Source: Chamaesiphon sp. | GTDB lineage: Bacteria > Cyanobacteriota > Cyanobacteriia > Cyanobacteriales > Chamaesiphonaceae | Direction of reading: 5' to 3' | Assembly: GCA_965246715.1 (NCBI GenBank) | Contig: CBDFFH010000009.1 | Span: 64,001-128,000 of the forward strand | Length of the DNA: 64,000 nucleotides | Shown: in pieces, positions 1 through 11,271 of the stretch | How positions within the stretch are numbered: position 1 is the first letter of the stretch | Layout: each line of letters starts with the position of its first letter | The notes under the pieces: generated by a model | The model's input: only the letters and a program-made list of their open reading frames with translations | Database searches by the model: none | What the model was told of the DNA's origin: nothing | Position numbers and translations under genes: made by a program

Positions 1-678
1 GAAAGTCTGAAAACGCATAGCTTCAGCAGTAGAGAGATGAATAGAGGTAGAGAGGAAACTCGTAATTACCTAATGATATCAGACATTGCAACATCAATAG
101 ATCCATTGCTAAAATGGCAAAATCTGACTAGTATTTGCATGGTAGAATCAGTTCGAGTTGTCAATGAAAAAACCAGCGTAGAAGCTCGTTATTTCATCAG
201 TAGCTTAGAAGATAATGTTGAAAAACTAGCAGAAGCAATCAGAGGTCATTGGTCGATAGAAAATTCACTCCATTGGGTACTTGATGTTATTTTCAAAGAA
301 GACATTAGTCGAATTAGAAAAGATAATGCTCCAGCTAATTTTGCTGTTTTAAGACATATAGCAGTTAATATAATGAGTCAGAACAAGAGTCGAAAACTAA
401 GTGTTAGGAAGAAGCGATTTATTGCGAGCCTTGATGAAGAATATTCGCGCGAACTTCTAGAGGCTATTTTAGCCTAAATTTAACTAACCCCAGAGTATGA
501 ATTTGGCTAAATATCTTTAGCCGCACTTTTGCCGGACTAAATTGAGTTAATTTAACCTCGTCTTTGGTTTCGATTTTATTGATATTGTCGTAATTGTAGT
601 TAAGCAATCGAATATCATTAATCGCCTATTTTAGTGGCTCTCGATCGAAATAAATCCTGTTTTGATGCGTTCACCCTG
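1..678 (+). mobile_element. ISAs1-family IS, right part (left part outside window); near-identical to copy at 57563-59050
   Basis: Transposase C-terminus (RGHWSIENSLHWVLDV) at 37-477; terminal IR TTTGATGCGTTCACCCTG ends at 678; matches reverse complement of 57563-58240. Confidence 0.93.
37..477 (+). CDS. ISAs1 transposase, C-terminal part (5' end outside window)
   Basis: Same as C-terminus of the 57764-58903 protein except one residue (I/L). Confidence 0.92.
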   Translation: MNRGREETRNYLMISDIATSIDPLLKWQNLTSICMVESVRVVNEKTSVEARYFISSLEDNVEKLAEAIRGHWSIENSLHWVLDVIFKEDISRIRKDNAPANFAVLRHIAVNIMSQNKSRKLSVRKKRFIASLDEEYSRELLEAILA

Positions 679-3028
679 GGTACTCGGGGAAAGTCGATCT
701 TGAGAAATTCGGCGTAGCGGCTGCGGTAGCTGGGCGAGTGGAAGATGGCGTAAATATAGTAAAAGATGGCTTCGGGGGTGGGGAGATAGCCGAGATTTTG
801 TTCGATTTTGGTGAGAAATTCTGACTTGAAATTTGTGGTGCGTTTTGATTTTATAATTGACTGCTGATTATTTTCATCATTTTCATCCAAACAATAAAGT
901 GGAAATACACTTTCTCTGCCTTTGTTGTCAATGGCAAATGAACCATCGATTACAAGAGTATTTGACACACAAAACCATGTGTAGTCAGAATTTTCATTTG
1001 CTTGTCTTTTTGCTATTAACGCAATGTTATTAGACAATAAATGGCGCATGGTTTTTGCACCAGGAGTTCCAATGAACCCTCGACTTTTGCCACTGTACCA
1101 TGTCTGTCTAATATCAAATGGTCGGTATAAAATTGGATGGAAAGAGTTTCTATCTTTGTTTGTCAATAAATCTGCTCTAGCATTTGAGACCTTCCAATCT
1201 CTACTATCTTGACCGAGAGAATATTTGTTTAGGAGAATAAAGTCATCTAGTGATTGAAAATCATGTACAGATTCTTCTATTCCAAGACGATCGAAATGTA
1301 TGGAAACTTTGTCTCTTTCTGTTTTTACCCCTGACCCTAATATGTGAAAAATGTCTTTCAACGAAGTAAATTTGGTATATTCAGGCTCTAATGAAAAGTC
1401 TTTTGGTACGAAGAAAAAATGAGTTTTTGCGGGGGAAATTACATTCCAGCTAGTAGTATGAATGGACATCTTTTGAAGTGCAGAATATTTTTCAATTCTA
1501 AGTCCTTGCATACTTGAATGTTTTACAGTACAGTGCTTAACTGATTGTAAGCATCGAGAAAATATGTTGATTGATACGTAAGCTCTCAATAAAAGCTGGC
1601 AGCCAAAAAAGCTGGTCGTGATAAAGACCAAAAATAAATGTACTCGCGAAAATAGTTTCCGAAAAAAGCCTAAATCGGAACGAGAATCTTCGCCGCAGCT
1701 TTAGCTCTAATCACATCGAACAATGATAGTACTTGCTCATTGCCATGTAATCTAGATGTGAGATAATTCCAAAACGAAATTCCTAACTTCCGGCAAGTCT
1801 TTTTCAAGCCAACGAATGTATCTCTAGCTTTTCTGCCTAGTTCAGAGCGTGTGCCGCCACTAATTTTCCGGCGAGTGACATATTCTCTAATATCGGTTTC
1901 TGCCGCATTGTTATGTAAGGGGAATTCTGGGCAATCTAGTACCTGTAGTAGTTCAATCTTATGATTTCTGATTTGATTAAGGACACCATTTAATAGCCCG
2001 TGACGAATATAACAACGCCCAAATACTTCATCAAATTTACTCTGTAAACTTAATGAAAATTCTCGGTTATGCTGCTGTTGATACTGTTTTAGCTCTTGAT
2101 AGTAGTTCCACTGGACTTGGCCGAACCTGCTCTTTTATCCGATTTTATCTCTTTCTCTTCGGGCTGATTTAGCAGACTGGCACTTAGTTTTGGCTTTCCT
2201 TTTAGTTTCTTTTTTGCTCTTAATTCTGCTTCTAATTGTTCTATTCTTTCTTTCTGATTTGTCAGTTGCTTGGATAGTTTGTCAATGAGCTTTCTTTGTT
2301 CTTCTACCAGCCGCCGCAAACCTTCTACCTCTGTGGCTAGGGTATTTGTTTGGGCTGGACTAGTTTCGCTGTTTATACTCATCTCTTTGTTAAACCAGAT
2401 TTTTGCTCTTTTGGCAACCCCCTAATTTACCAGCGTTTATTGAGACGTTACATTGATACCCCTTGCTGAATGTTAAATATATTTTCGTCTTTCGATCCAT
2501 CAGGGCATTTTTCTTTTTTCTTTGTACTTCCATGTAAGTCAAGTATCCAAATATCATCAAAACTATTCATTAAGCTTTCACGCATTCGCCTATGTGTTAT
2601 ACCATCTAAAAAAGTGTTATTGGAGATAAATGACACAATGCCATGACCAGTAAAATCAATTCGCCATTGAGCAGCTCTAATGAACTTAATAAAATCATCG
2701 TCTAAGTTAATCTTCTTCTCAATTAAATCTTTCTTATAATCTTTGATTAAATTACTAATTCATTCGCTAGAATTTGTAGAGCTAACAGAGTAAGGAGGAT
2801 TACCGATTACAACCATGATTGGTTTTTCTTGTTTGATATCGGCTGCTTGACTAGATTCTTCTGAAATAAAGCCTTCAATTAGTAACTCACTTTTCTTAGT
2901 AGGCGCATCCAAAGTATTAGTTAGATAAACGCCCAGCCTTTTACCAGCATTAAACTGATAACCAGTCTCCTCTAAAAACAATCCTAACTTGAGATGAGCG
3001 ATCGCATAAGGAGCCATTAACAACTCAA
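679..3028 (-). pseudogene. Fragmented N6-adenine methyltransferase / Type IIG-ISP-like restriction-modification enzyme
   Basis: Same-frame fragments FELLMAPYAIAHLKL, VVIGNPPYS (motif IV), LDLHGS, YRPFD, YRSRYAEFLKIDFPRVP; internal TGA at 2760-2762, IS66 at 1578-2451, ISAs1 at 3' end, N-terminus missing. Confidence 0.88.
1578..2451 (-). mobile_element. Internally deleted IS66-family element (874 bp)
   Basis: 22-bp IRs GTAAGCTCTCAATAAAAGCTGG / GTAACGTCTCAATAAACGCTGG; 8-bp TSD ATTGATAC (1570-1577, 2452-2459); coiled-coil N-terminal ORF 2089-2382 and C-terminal remnant HNNAAETDIREYVTRRKISGG. Confidence 0.88.
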
Positions 3029-3366
3029 ATCAAGAAGGTGCTGGGACTGCCTGGTAAAAATAATAATGCAGCCGTTGCTACCGTATTTATTGAATTAATC
3101 AATGAAGCTTTTAAACAGCATCGGCTCTGGCGAGAAGATGGTGATTTCTCCACCTATTATCCATGGGCTGTTGAATTCAAAGCAAGATTGAATCAATCTC
3201 TGCAAACTTGGCTCTCTCAGGTTGGTTGTGCTGCTGGTTTATTGCTTAAATCCTTACGCGATAAGGCGGAACAATGGTGGTATTTTCTGGATGACCCCTC
3301 TGTTCCACCTGATAACAATTTGGCTGAACGTTCTCTTCGCCTAGCTGTAACTAAACGCAAAGTTTC

Positions 3367-4802
3367 GGCTCTTCACTAGTTAGTATGCCAAATTAATGAT
3401 TGAAGTGCCAATTAAGCAAGCATCTATTTCGGAAATTCTCAAAATTAGTAAATCCATATGCTGAACGTTTGATTAGTTTTAGCTTGTTATTAATTCCCTC
3501 CACTACTCCACTAGTTGTTCCATTGTCAAAATAAGCCAGTATTTCATCAAACCATCGATAAATTGTCCCTTGACTTTTGACAAAATATTTTTGAGCTTTT
3601 GACAGCCATTCCCCTAAGCCTAGTAATCCCTCATTCCAGTTTTCCTTTTTCTCAAATATTTCTCGAAAATCCTCTTTCAATTGATGCATTTTTCCGAGCT
3701 GACTTGATACATTTTTTACCTGAGCTAGCTTGTCTTTCTGTTCTTCATTTAAGTCTTCTTCGTTTTTCAATATTGGATACTTACTATTAGTTATTCCTGC
3801 TAATATAGCCGCTTTCTCCGCTTTTTCTTCTGGGGTTTTTGCTTGCTTTATTTCTGCTTCGATTTTTCGCTTCTCCTTCTTTCTTTCTCCATCTAATTCT
3901 TGATTTATTTGTACCATTATATGGAATCGATCTGCTACTATCTGAGCTTTTGGCATCATTTCTATTGCTAGACTTTTATATCCCTGCCATAAGTCTATGC
4001 TTACTTCTTCGATTCCTTCTAATACCTCTGACCCCCACTCTCTCAGGACTTTCTTAATTTCTTCTTTGGTTCTTCCCTCGATAATTGCCAATAATTTAGA
4101 ACGATCTATGTCTATTAATACTGCACAATATTTTCCCTGCCCTTTAATCAATGCTATTTCGTCTATCCCTAATCTTTTTAATCCTATTGGTTTTATTTTT
4201 GATAAATCTCCTGATGCATCCTTTAGCATTCTTTCTATTTCTTTCTCTGTTACCTTCCCCTTCTTCGCTACACTCCTAATGTCATCTGCTAATACTTCTT
4301 CTATTATCCGATCTGCTAATCTTTTCGTGTATCTTCTTCTTGACTTGACAAATTCTAATTCTTCGCTAAATGGTTTCTGGCATTTTTCGCAGTTGAATTG
4401 TCTTCTATTTATTTCTAAAAATACCGCTTGCCCTCCCCAATCCAAATCTTTGATTATTTGCCGATGGTTTTGGTGTAACTTGTCGCTTTTCAAACCACAG
4501 CGTTGGCAAACACTTATTTTTTCGCTCGACTCAACTCCTAAAATTATTCCAATTCCTTCATGTTGGTGCTTGGCATTTACTTTTACTCCCGCTAGATTTA
4601 GTACTTCTGTTAGTAGTTGTATTTCCTTTTTGGTGAGCATTTTCTTCTGGTTTGTCTCAAGATCGCTTTCAATTAGATTATACTTAATAACAAAATGCCC
4701 CCAATGTCAATTATCACTCCACTTTTATGGCAATTTCACATATTGATTAATTTCTATTTGCCACATTTGCTATCGATCGAGCATACTAAGTAGTGAAGAG
4801 CC
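3367..4802 (-). mobile_element. ISL3-family IS
   Basis: IRs GGCTCTTCACTA(G/C)TTAGTATGC; 8-bp TSD AAAGTTTC (3359-3366, 4803-4810). Confidence 0.93.
3393..4640 (-). CDS. ISL3 transposase
   Basis: CxxC zinc finger, LGIDEIA, VSIDLW, ADRFH, EGINNKLKLIKRSAYGF motifs. Confidence 0.93.
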   Translation of the reverse strand: MLTKKEIQLLTEVLNLAGVKVNAKHQHEGIGIILGVESSEKISVCQRCGLKSDKLHQNHRQIIKDLDWGGQAVFLEINRRQFNCEKCQKPFSEELEFVKSRRRYTKRLADRIIEEVLADDIRSVAKKGKVTEKEIERMLKDASGDLSKIKPIGLKRLGIDEIALIKGQGKYCAVLIDIDRSKLLAIIEGRTKEEIKKVLREWGSEVLEGIEEVSIDLWQGYKSLAIEMMPKAQIVADRFHIMVQINQELDGERKKEKRKIEAEIKQAKTPEEKAEKAAILAGITNSKYPILKNEEDLNEEQKDKLAQVKNVSSQLGKMHQLKEDFREIFEKKENWNEGLLGLGEWLSKAQKYFVKSQGTIYRWFDEILAYFDNGTTSGVVEGINNKLKLIKRSAYGFTNFENFRNRCLLNWHFNH

Positions 4803-5003
4803 AAAGTTTCTAGCGGCTCTCGTTCGATGGCTCGATTTCAACAAACTGCTGATTTGCTCAGTGTTATTCAAACTTGTCGCTTTCAATCTCGTTCTGCAAT
4901 GGCTTTTTTCCGTGAGGCTATTTCTGCCCATTCTTGTCACTTAGCTATGCCCTCTCTCATTCCCCTTTCCTCAACCTGAATCCTTACGGAGAAATCAGCA
5001 CAG

Positions 5004-5771
5004 CTACCACGGTAAACGGCTACCATCCCAATTAAAGAATTCACCACTATCCGTAGATTCTAACCGATCGATGACTGCCAATAATTGTGCCACAGTACGA
5101 TCGACAGAAAATAGTTTCTCTGGCGGGACATTGCGTTGAAATGGTAGCGATAATTGAGTATCTGTCGTACCGGGATGTAGGGCGATGACAATTGCTTGGG
5201 GACAAGTGCGTTTATACTCGATCGAAGTTGTTTTGATAAACATATTCAGTGCGGCTTTTGATGCCCGGTAGCCATACCAACCGCCCGCTTGATTATCGCC
5301 AATACTACCAACTTTAGCGGAAATAGTCGCGACGATCGATCGATGTTCGTGTTTTAATAATGGCTGAATGTATTTAAACAATAACATCGCACCAATACTA
5401 TTTACCTGAAAATAACGTAACAGTCGATCGGCATCAATCTGACGCAAACTTTTCTCAGGTTGGATTTCGCCTTCATGCAAGATCCCGACTGAATTAATTG
5501 TATAGTGCAGCGTTTCCGTCTCGGATTGAATTTTGGCGATCGTTGCGGCAATTTGGGATTCATCGGTAATATCCATTTGGATACACTGCAATCTATTGTC
5601 GGTAATTGTCAGTAATTCCGTGGCTGATTCTAGCTGTCGATATGTGGCATAGATCCGGCTGAGATCTTTTCTAGCTAAGAGTTGACGGACGAACCCCAAC
5701 CCGATTCCTCTCCCACCACCTACAACTAATGCTGTTTTTAAAAACTTGCTATCTTCAACTAAATTCAACAT
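5004..5771 (-). CDS. SDR oxidoreductase, CsgA/C-factor-like
   Basis: GGGRGIG, SAKVGSIGDN, YRASK, LHPGTTDT. Confidence 0.9.
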   Translation of the reverse strand: MLNLVEDSKFLKTALVVGGGRGIGLGFVRQLLARKDLSRIYATYRQLESATELLTITDNRLQCIQMDITDESQIAATIAKIQSETETLHYTINSVGILHEGEIQPEKSLRQIDADRLLRYFQVNSIGAMLLFKYIQPLLKHEHRSIVATISAKVGSIGDNQAGGWYGYRASKAALNMFIKTTSIEYKRTCPQAIVIALHPGTTDTQLSLPFQRNVPPEKLFSVDRTVAQLLAVIDRLESTDSGEFFNWDGSRLPW

Positions 5772-5774
5772 ATT

Positions 5775-7205
5775 TTAAACTCCAGATCGAATCTTATTTA
5801 ACAGCGCATTAAAAGGTTCCCAATCATTATTTTGAGCGATCGGTTCCCAAATTGCTTCGATTTGCGGGCGTAGTAAAATAGTCTGGGGATTCGATCGGCT
5901 TAAAATATTTCCGACCGAGTTAAGCTCGGATTCAGACAACTCGCTCAGTACCTGATGATAAAGTTGCAGCCAATTTTGATGTTGAGAATTTGCAATAACT
6001 TCTGGCAGGAGTTCGGTTTCATTTAACACATAATTGAGATCGTTCTGCCATCTGCAATTGAATGCCTGGGACAAATCGAAGAAAAACTGATGATATCCGA
6101 CCTGAGTATCGGATAATAGTTGCAATGTCGCAACTAATAAGTCGTCGCGTTTAGGTGTGGTGGCACCTTCTAACCCCAACTTTTGCAACATCAATTGTTT
6201 ATAAGCTGTAAAATAATACTCCTCAAATTTTGCCAAAGTTACCTGCATCTCTGCTTTGTCGATAACTGCACCTAGCGGCTGCTGGAGTAGTTCTAAATTG
6301 AGCTTACAGATGCCAGGTTGGTTGCCGTAACTGTAACGGCTATAATAGTCGAAATAGGCGGCAGTAAATTCAGGATTATAAGTGGGTAAAAAGGCATAAG
6401 GCCCATAGTCGAAACTCTCCCCCGTAATCGACATATTATCGGTATTGAGTACTGCATGACAAAAACCAGCAGCCATCCATTGCGCCACCAAGTTGGCAAC
6501 TCGCCGAACTAATTCATCATAAAATCTGGCATAGCGATCGGTTGCGGGGACTGCGACCAGATGTGGATAATAGTAAGTAATCACATGGTCTAATAACTTG
6601 CGAATCAGATCTGGACGCTTGAGATAATTCAATCGCTCGAATGTCCCAAAGCGAATGTGCGATCGACTGAATCTCACCATCACTGAAGACCGCGTCGGCG
6701 AAGGTTCGTCGCCACGCCATAAGTCCAAACCTGTCTCTACCAGACTCAAACAGCGCGAAGTTCTCACCCCCATTCGATGCAAAGCTTCCGCCGCTAACAC
6801 CTCCCGCACGCCGCCCTTGAGCGTCAACATCCCATCGCCACCGCGTGAGTATGGCGTGCGTCCCGAACCTTTAGTCCCAAAATCATAGAGTTCGCCATCG
6901 ATTCCGCGTACTTGTCCGTACAAAAATCCCCGTCCGTCGCCCAATCCAGGATTGTATTCGCCAAACTGATAACCGTGATAGCGTAAAGCGAGGAATGAAT
7001 GTGGTGGATTTTCGAATTTCCCAAACGCTTCAACAAAATGCTCGTCGCTTACCTGTTGGGGGTCTAGTCCCAGTTTGACTAATACATCATCATTGCGAAA
7101 GCGTAAGATCTGTTTGGGAAAGTCGGCTGCTACTACGTCATCATAGTAGTCGGTACCCATCGATTCCATTGCTGGTTCGTAGTTGAGTGCGAGAATAGGA
7201 TTCAT
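5775..7205 (-). CDS. selO: Protein adenylyltransferase SelO/YdiU family
   Basis: [50 protein letters not shown] at 7205 preferred as start. Confidence 0.9.
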   Translation of the reverse strand: MNPILALNYEPAMESMGTDYYDDVVAADFPKQILRFRNDDVLVKLGLDPQQVSDEHFVEAFGKFENPPHSFLALRYHGYQFGEYNPGLGDGRGFLYGQVRGIDGELYDFGTKGSGRTPYSRGGDGMLTLKGGVREVLAAEALHRMGVRTSRCLSLVETGLDLWRGDEPSPTRSSVMVRFSRSHIRFGTFERLNYLKRPDLIRKLLDHVITYYYPHLVAVPATDRYARFYDELVRRVANLVAQWMAAGFCHAVLNTDNMSITGESFDYGPYAFLPTYNPEFTAAYFDYYSRYSYGNQPGICKLNLELLQQPLGAVIDKAEMQVTLAKFEEYYFTAYKQLMLQKLGLEGATTPKRDDLLVATLQLLSDTQVGYHQFFFDLSQAFNCRWQNDLNYVLNETELLPEVIANSQHQNWLQLYHQVLSELSESELNSVGNILSRSNPQTILLRPQIEAIWEPIAQNNDWEPFNALLNKIRSGV

Positions 7206-7316
7206 GAGTTCGGGGATAGGATAGAGATTGGGGGATAATAGTTTAAAAGAGTTAATGATTAATTGTAGACAAGTAGTTATCATCAGCCTAATTCATAATT
7301 CATAATTCATAATTTT

Positions 7317-7574
7317 ATGTCTGACTCTTTAATGTTCGATAATGATGCTTATGTCTTATTAGAAACAGATCGGCCGGAGCAACTACTGACTCCAGCAGAA
7401 ATGTCCGATAAGCTTAAAGAAATTGTTGTTAAATTTACTGACGATCTGCCTGAAGATGTCCGGCGGATCGCTGGTGTAGACGAGCGCGTGCGATACCTCT
7501 TAGATACCAGCTGTGAGCTAAATCTAGCACCAGGAGAATATTTGCAATGGTATGCAGTTAGGTTGGAAAAGTAA
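7317..7574 (+). CDS. crr7: Chlororespiratory reduction protein 7 (NDH-1 assembly)
   Basis: YVLLE...EQLLT and C-terminal GEYLQWYAVRLEK. Confidence 0.85.
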   Translation: MSDSLMFDNDAYVLLETDRPEQLLTPAEMSDKLKEIVVKFTDDLPEDVRRIAGVDERVRYLLDTSCELNLAPGEYLQWYAVRLEK

Positions 7575-7579
7575 TTAAA

Positions 7580-8134
7580 TTACGTGGCTGAATCGACGAT
7601 TAGCGTAACGCTAACTTCTTCATCTTCATCGGTTGGTGCGATCTTAGCCTTAACACCAGGGCCAAAGAATTTAGCGATTTTCTCGCATTTATCTTGCCAA
7701 ATATCAATTTTAAAAAAAGGAGAATAAAACTCTAGAATTAGGGCATAAGCACCATCGATCTCGGTTTCTTGAATTCCTTTTAAAATCGGTCGATCGTCAT
7801 CGCTGGGCGCGAGACCTAATTTTTCTAAAGCTACATCTAAATGAGCTTCTTGACCGTACCGAAATCGGGTAACATCTTTGCGTAATTGATTGAGCGTAGG
7901 TGTCGCTTGTCGATCGCGCAGTTTGAGCAGGCTCGGGGTGGTAAGTTGCGTAAAGGGGACGGGTTCGAGTTCGGCTGACTTGAGTGCCAGACCGCCAAGG
8001 AAAATCGGAATGCCGTAGAAGAAGCCGATTAGATTGAAGGTCGGGTCGTGAATCGCATAGGCAAAAAAGCCAATGAGTGCGAGCAACCCACCAAAATTTA
8101 TCAGGACTAAACTAAGTGGAATTTGACTGAACAT
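7580..8134 (-). CDS. DUF2854-like thylakoid membrane protein
   Basis: Two TM helices, LGGLALKSAEL, RKDVTRFRYG. Confidence 0.8.
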   Translation of the reverse strand: MFSQIPLSLVLINFGGLLALIGFFAYAIHDPTFNLIGFFYGIPIFLGGLALKSAELEPVPFTQLTTPSLLKLRDRQATPTLNQLRKDVTRFRYGQEAHLDVALEKLGLAPSDDDRPILKGIQETEIDGAYALILEFYSPFFKIDIWQDKCEKIAKFFGPGVKAKIAPTDEDEEVSVTLIVDSAT

Positions 8135-8334
8135 ATCGATCGAATTTAAGACTAAAGCCTTTTTATTATCAACTAACTCGCACTGCTGTTGCTAGCGAAC
8201 ACTCATAGATCGACAAATAGTAAATAAAAAATTATCGAGATCGAGCTTTTCGGGACTAATTTGGGAAAAATCTAAATATGGGCGGTGCCTTGGGCACATC
8301 ACCTGTCACCCACCAATTTTTGGACACAGCAATC

Positions 8335-11088
8335 ATGAGTGTAGATCCCCAAACTCAGCGCTTATTTGACGCGATCTCAGCAGCTAATTACGATCGCGTC
8401 AAACACTCGATCGATTCAGGAGCCTCAGTCAATCGCCCAAATGTTTTGGGACAGACACCTTTAGCGATGGCTTGCCAGCAAAGTAATCTGCAGATCGTCG
8501 ATCTGTTAGTCGCGGCTGGCGCTCAAATGCAGGTGGATCGAGCTTCAACTCAGTCAATCCAAGTCACATCTGCTGGTGCCCCGGCACAACCTGTGTCAGC
8601 AGCGACAGATAAACTGTCCCCGTCAGAGCCGCCGCGCCAATACCAACAAGAATCCACTTTACCCACAATGCCCACTGCTCGGGAAGATCTGAGCATTAGC
8701 GGGCTTCCAGAGGGAAGTAAGGAAATTGCTTATGATAATTTGATCGATCTCATCCATCAACCCACCAAAAATAGTCCGACGGAAATTGATGAGTCGATCC
8801 AAAATGATAATTTAATTTCTCCACTCGATCGACCCCTCGTACTAGATCGCGAACCCACACCTCCAGCAGGTAGCTTACCAACTTTACAGTCAGCGCTAAA
8901 CCATGCTGCAATTTCCAACCAGAATTTTACCCAGGCAGAGCGACAGTGGGAAGATTTTAGTTCCGATTCTGAAACTACTTATACCTTCGATCTCGATGCT
9001 GTCTTTGCGGAGCGCGATAATGCAACTATGGCAGATTCGCTCGCAGATCTCCGCGCAGACGTATTTGAGCAAGAACTAAAGATAACTTCGATTTCACCTA
9101 CCCCAACCACATTAGCCGCAGGTGAAACCCCAGCTTTCGATCTCAGTCCCGACTTCGCGCAATTGATGGCTGAGGGACAAGTAGCCGCTGACGAGAGATC
9201 GCTCTCCATGGGCGAATGGGAAGCGGAGGAGACTTATGCGATCGGACTAGAAGACTTCGAGGGATTGGGATCGCTGCGAGTGACCGAACACGATCGGGTT
9301 GTCGATGTATCGCGGTTATTATTAGCCGATGACGATCGCTTTTTACCCGCCGATGCCTTTGAAGAAGGTGAGACTTATGCGATCGATCTCGACGATCTCG
9401 CATCTTACGAATTGGTGGATGGCAATACTAGCGTTCGGGTCGAGCGGCACTTGCTAGCCGATATTGATTCGAGCCTGTTTCCCGCTCTGGGCGGCGAAGA
9501 TGGGGACGAACGACCAGATTTCGATCCAGACACTCAAACTAGTACGGATATCTTCGGACAGAGCAAAGACGACAGTGGCGATCTGGCGACCATCGATAAC
9601 GAACACGCCACCAATACCTCATTAATGGCAGCAATCGTCGAAGGGGATCTCGAACTCGCTCAACAAGCGATCGAAGCTGGAGCTAATCTAGATCGTTACG
9701 ATTGGCATCTGGGTTATTCACCCCTGGGAATGGCGATCGATCGCGGACATGTCGAGATCGTGGAATGCCTGCTAACTGCTGGAGCTAACGCTCACTATGG
9801 GAGTACTGCCAGCACGGCATTAGGTCTAGCAGCAGAACGCGGGGAGGTGGAGATCGTGCAAATGCTCTTACCTCGCGGTATCGATATCAACGAACCTGTC
9901 GGTCTCGATAACTGGACGGCTTTATTAGCCGCGATCGAGCACGGACATAAATCAGTCGTGCAATTATTAGTAACTGCTGGTGCAAATGTCAATATTTGGA
10001 GTCGGGGACAAACACCAATTCTCCTAGCCGCTAAACAGGAAGAACGCGAGATTTATAACTATCTATATCCCCTCGTCAATACCTCGATTCGACTGTATGC
10101 CGATCGCGATGGCGAGCAATTGCTCCAATCGACCCGCAAACGCCGGATTCGCGAACAAAATCGCCCGATTGAAAAGTTTATCAGTATGGCGCTGGAAGGG
10201 AATATCGATGAGGTCGAGCGGGCGATCGAGATCGGCATCGAAATCGATGAATTAGGTGCTAGAGGACATACCGCACTGATGGCGGCAGCTTATTACGGGC
10301 ATAAATCGGTTGTCAAGCGGCTGCTGGAGGCGGGAGCCAATCCCAATATCCTTAGCGATGATGATGGTTTGGGTAAGGGCATGACGGCACTGATGCTCGT
10401 GGCGGGAAGTTTCTTTGCTAGCAATCGTCAAGCGATCGCTAAACTACTAATTGCCAATGGTGCCGATGTCAATCAACAGGGGCTACGCGGTAAAACGGCG
10501 ATTGTTTATGCGGCATTGGCTGGTTCGGGATATCGGGACTGTGTCGAGACATTGATTGCGGCGGGTGCCGATCTCGATCTCCGAGACGATCGAGGGCATA
10601 CCGTACTGACATTGGTAGCTGCTGCGGAAAATTACCAGTTGCTCAATCTGCTGATTCAAGCTGGAGCCTCCACCGCCGGACTGGAATCGATTCAATTGAT
10701 TCAGGCTGCCACGGTGGGGAATGTCGAACGCGTCCGCTCGCTCCTAGCTACCAACAAGGTAAATCTCGATCTCGATCGAGGTGCGGCTATTGGCAATGCC
10801 GCCGCTGCAGGACATACTGAGATTGTCGAGCTATTGATTCAAGCTGGCGCGAATGTCAATTTAAGCAATCAGGCTGGCTTTACACCGATTGCTAGTGCCG
10901 CTTATGCAGGTTATGGCGAAATCGTCCGGCTCTCGATCGAGGCTGGTGCCGATATTCAAGCTCCTGCTAGTGAATCTCACAGTTATTCGGCACTAGAATA
11001 CGCTCAAATGGGGATGTATCAATTCGATCGAGAGGATCGCCAACACGCTCAGATCGTGCGACTGCTAGAACATTTGGAAACACTGTAA
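8335..11088 (+). CDS. Large ankyrin-repeat protein with acidic low-complexity linker
   Basis: Many G.T.L..AA..G...V..LL.AGA.N repeats; start 8278 or 8335. Confidence 0.85.
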   Translation: MSVDPQTQRLFDAISAANYDRVKHSIDSGASVNRPNVLGQTPLAMACQQSNLQIVDLLVAAGAQMQVDRASTQSIQVTSAGAPAQPVSAATDKLSPSEPPRQYQQESTLPTMPTAREDLSISGLPEGSKEIAYDNLIDLIHQPTKNSPTEIDESIQNDNLISPLDRPLVLDREPTPPAGSLPTLQSALNHAAISNQNFTQAERQWEDFSSDSETTYTFDLDAVFAERDNATMADSLADLRADVFEQELKITSISPTPTTLAAGETPAFDLSPDFAQLMAEGQVAADERSLSMGEWEAEETYAIGLEDFEGLGSLRVTEHDRVVDVSRLLLADDDRFLPADAFEEGETYAIDLDDLASYELVDGNTSVRVERHLLADIDSSLFPALGGEDGDERPDFDPDTQTSTDIFGQSKDDSGDLATIDNEHATNTSLMAAIVEGDLELAQQAIEAGANLDRYDWHLGYSPLGMAIDRGHVEIVECLLTAGANAHYGSTASTALGLAAERGEVEIVQMLLPRGIDINEPVGLDNWTALLAAIEHGHKSVVQLLVTAGANVNIWSRGQTPILLAAKQEEREIYNYLYPLVNTSIRLYADRDGEQLLQSTRKRRIREQNRPIEKFISMALEGNIDEVERAIEIGIEIDELGARGHTALMAAAYYGHKSVVKRLLEAGANPNILSDDDGLGKGMTALMLVAGSFFASNRQAIAKLLIANGADVNQQGLRGKTAIVYAALAGSGYRDCVETLIAAGADLDLRDDRGHTVLTLVAAAENYQLLNLLIQAGASTAGLESIQLIQAATVGNVERVRSLLATNKVNLDLDRGAAIGNAAAAGHTEIVELLIQAGANVNLSNQAGFTPIASAAYAGYGEIVRLSIEAGADIQAPASESHSYSALEYAQMGMYQFDREDRQHAQIVRLLEHLETL

Positions 11089-11108
11089 AAGCAATTCCTC
11101 CGTTGGTA

Positions 11109-11186
11109 GTAGGGGCAATGTCTTGTCGGTTTTTTTATTCGGAGGGAACCTCCGAATAAAACCGCCGCTTCATGAATTGCCCCTAC
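11109..11186. repeat. GTAG-type REP palindrome interrupted by a 50-nt hairpin insertion
   Basis: Removing 11119-11168 restores the perfect palindrome GTAGGGGCAATTCATGAATTGCCCCTAC. Confidence 0.8.
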
Positions 11187-11227
11187 CAACGACCAACGAT
11201 TGGGTCTCATGCCTAACACCAAAAACA

Positions 11228-11261
11228 AACCCCGATCGAGAATTTAGTCTCGATCGGGGTT
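11228..11261 (-). terminator. Intrinsic terminator hairpin downstream of ssrA
   Basis: AACCCCGATCGAGA / TCTCGATCGGGGTT stem followed by T-rich run on - strand. Confidence 0.75.
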
Positions 11262-11271
11262 GATTTGGTAG

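Larger units (their letters stand above)
3030..4987 (+). mobile_element. Truncated IS66-family element (3' part of transposase, split by ISL3)
   Basis: DNNLAERSLRLAVTKRKVS (3038-3366) continues after the ISL3 as SGSRSMARFQQTADLLSVIQTCR...TGA; ends in CCTTAC at 4987 (IS66-type GTAA terminus). Confidence 0.82.

Noticed and set aside
1995..2006. AGCCCGTGACGA as the missing att copy of tRNA-Thr
   Set aside because: Only a short match, located inside IS66 coding sequence; likely chance
2760..2762. TGA as selenocysteine or programmed readthrough in the methyltransferase
   Set aside because: The gene is also broken by IS insertions; a simple TGG-to-TGA nonsense change is more parsimonious
3997..4746. 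249-aa ORF on + strand
   Set aside because: Antisense shadow of the ISL3 transposase
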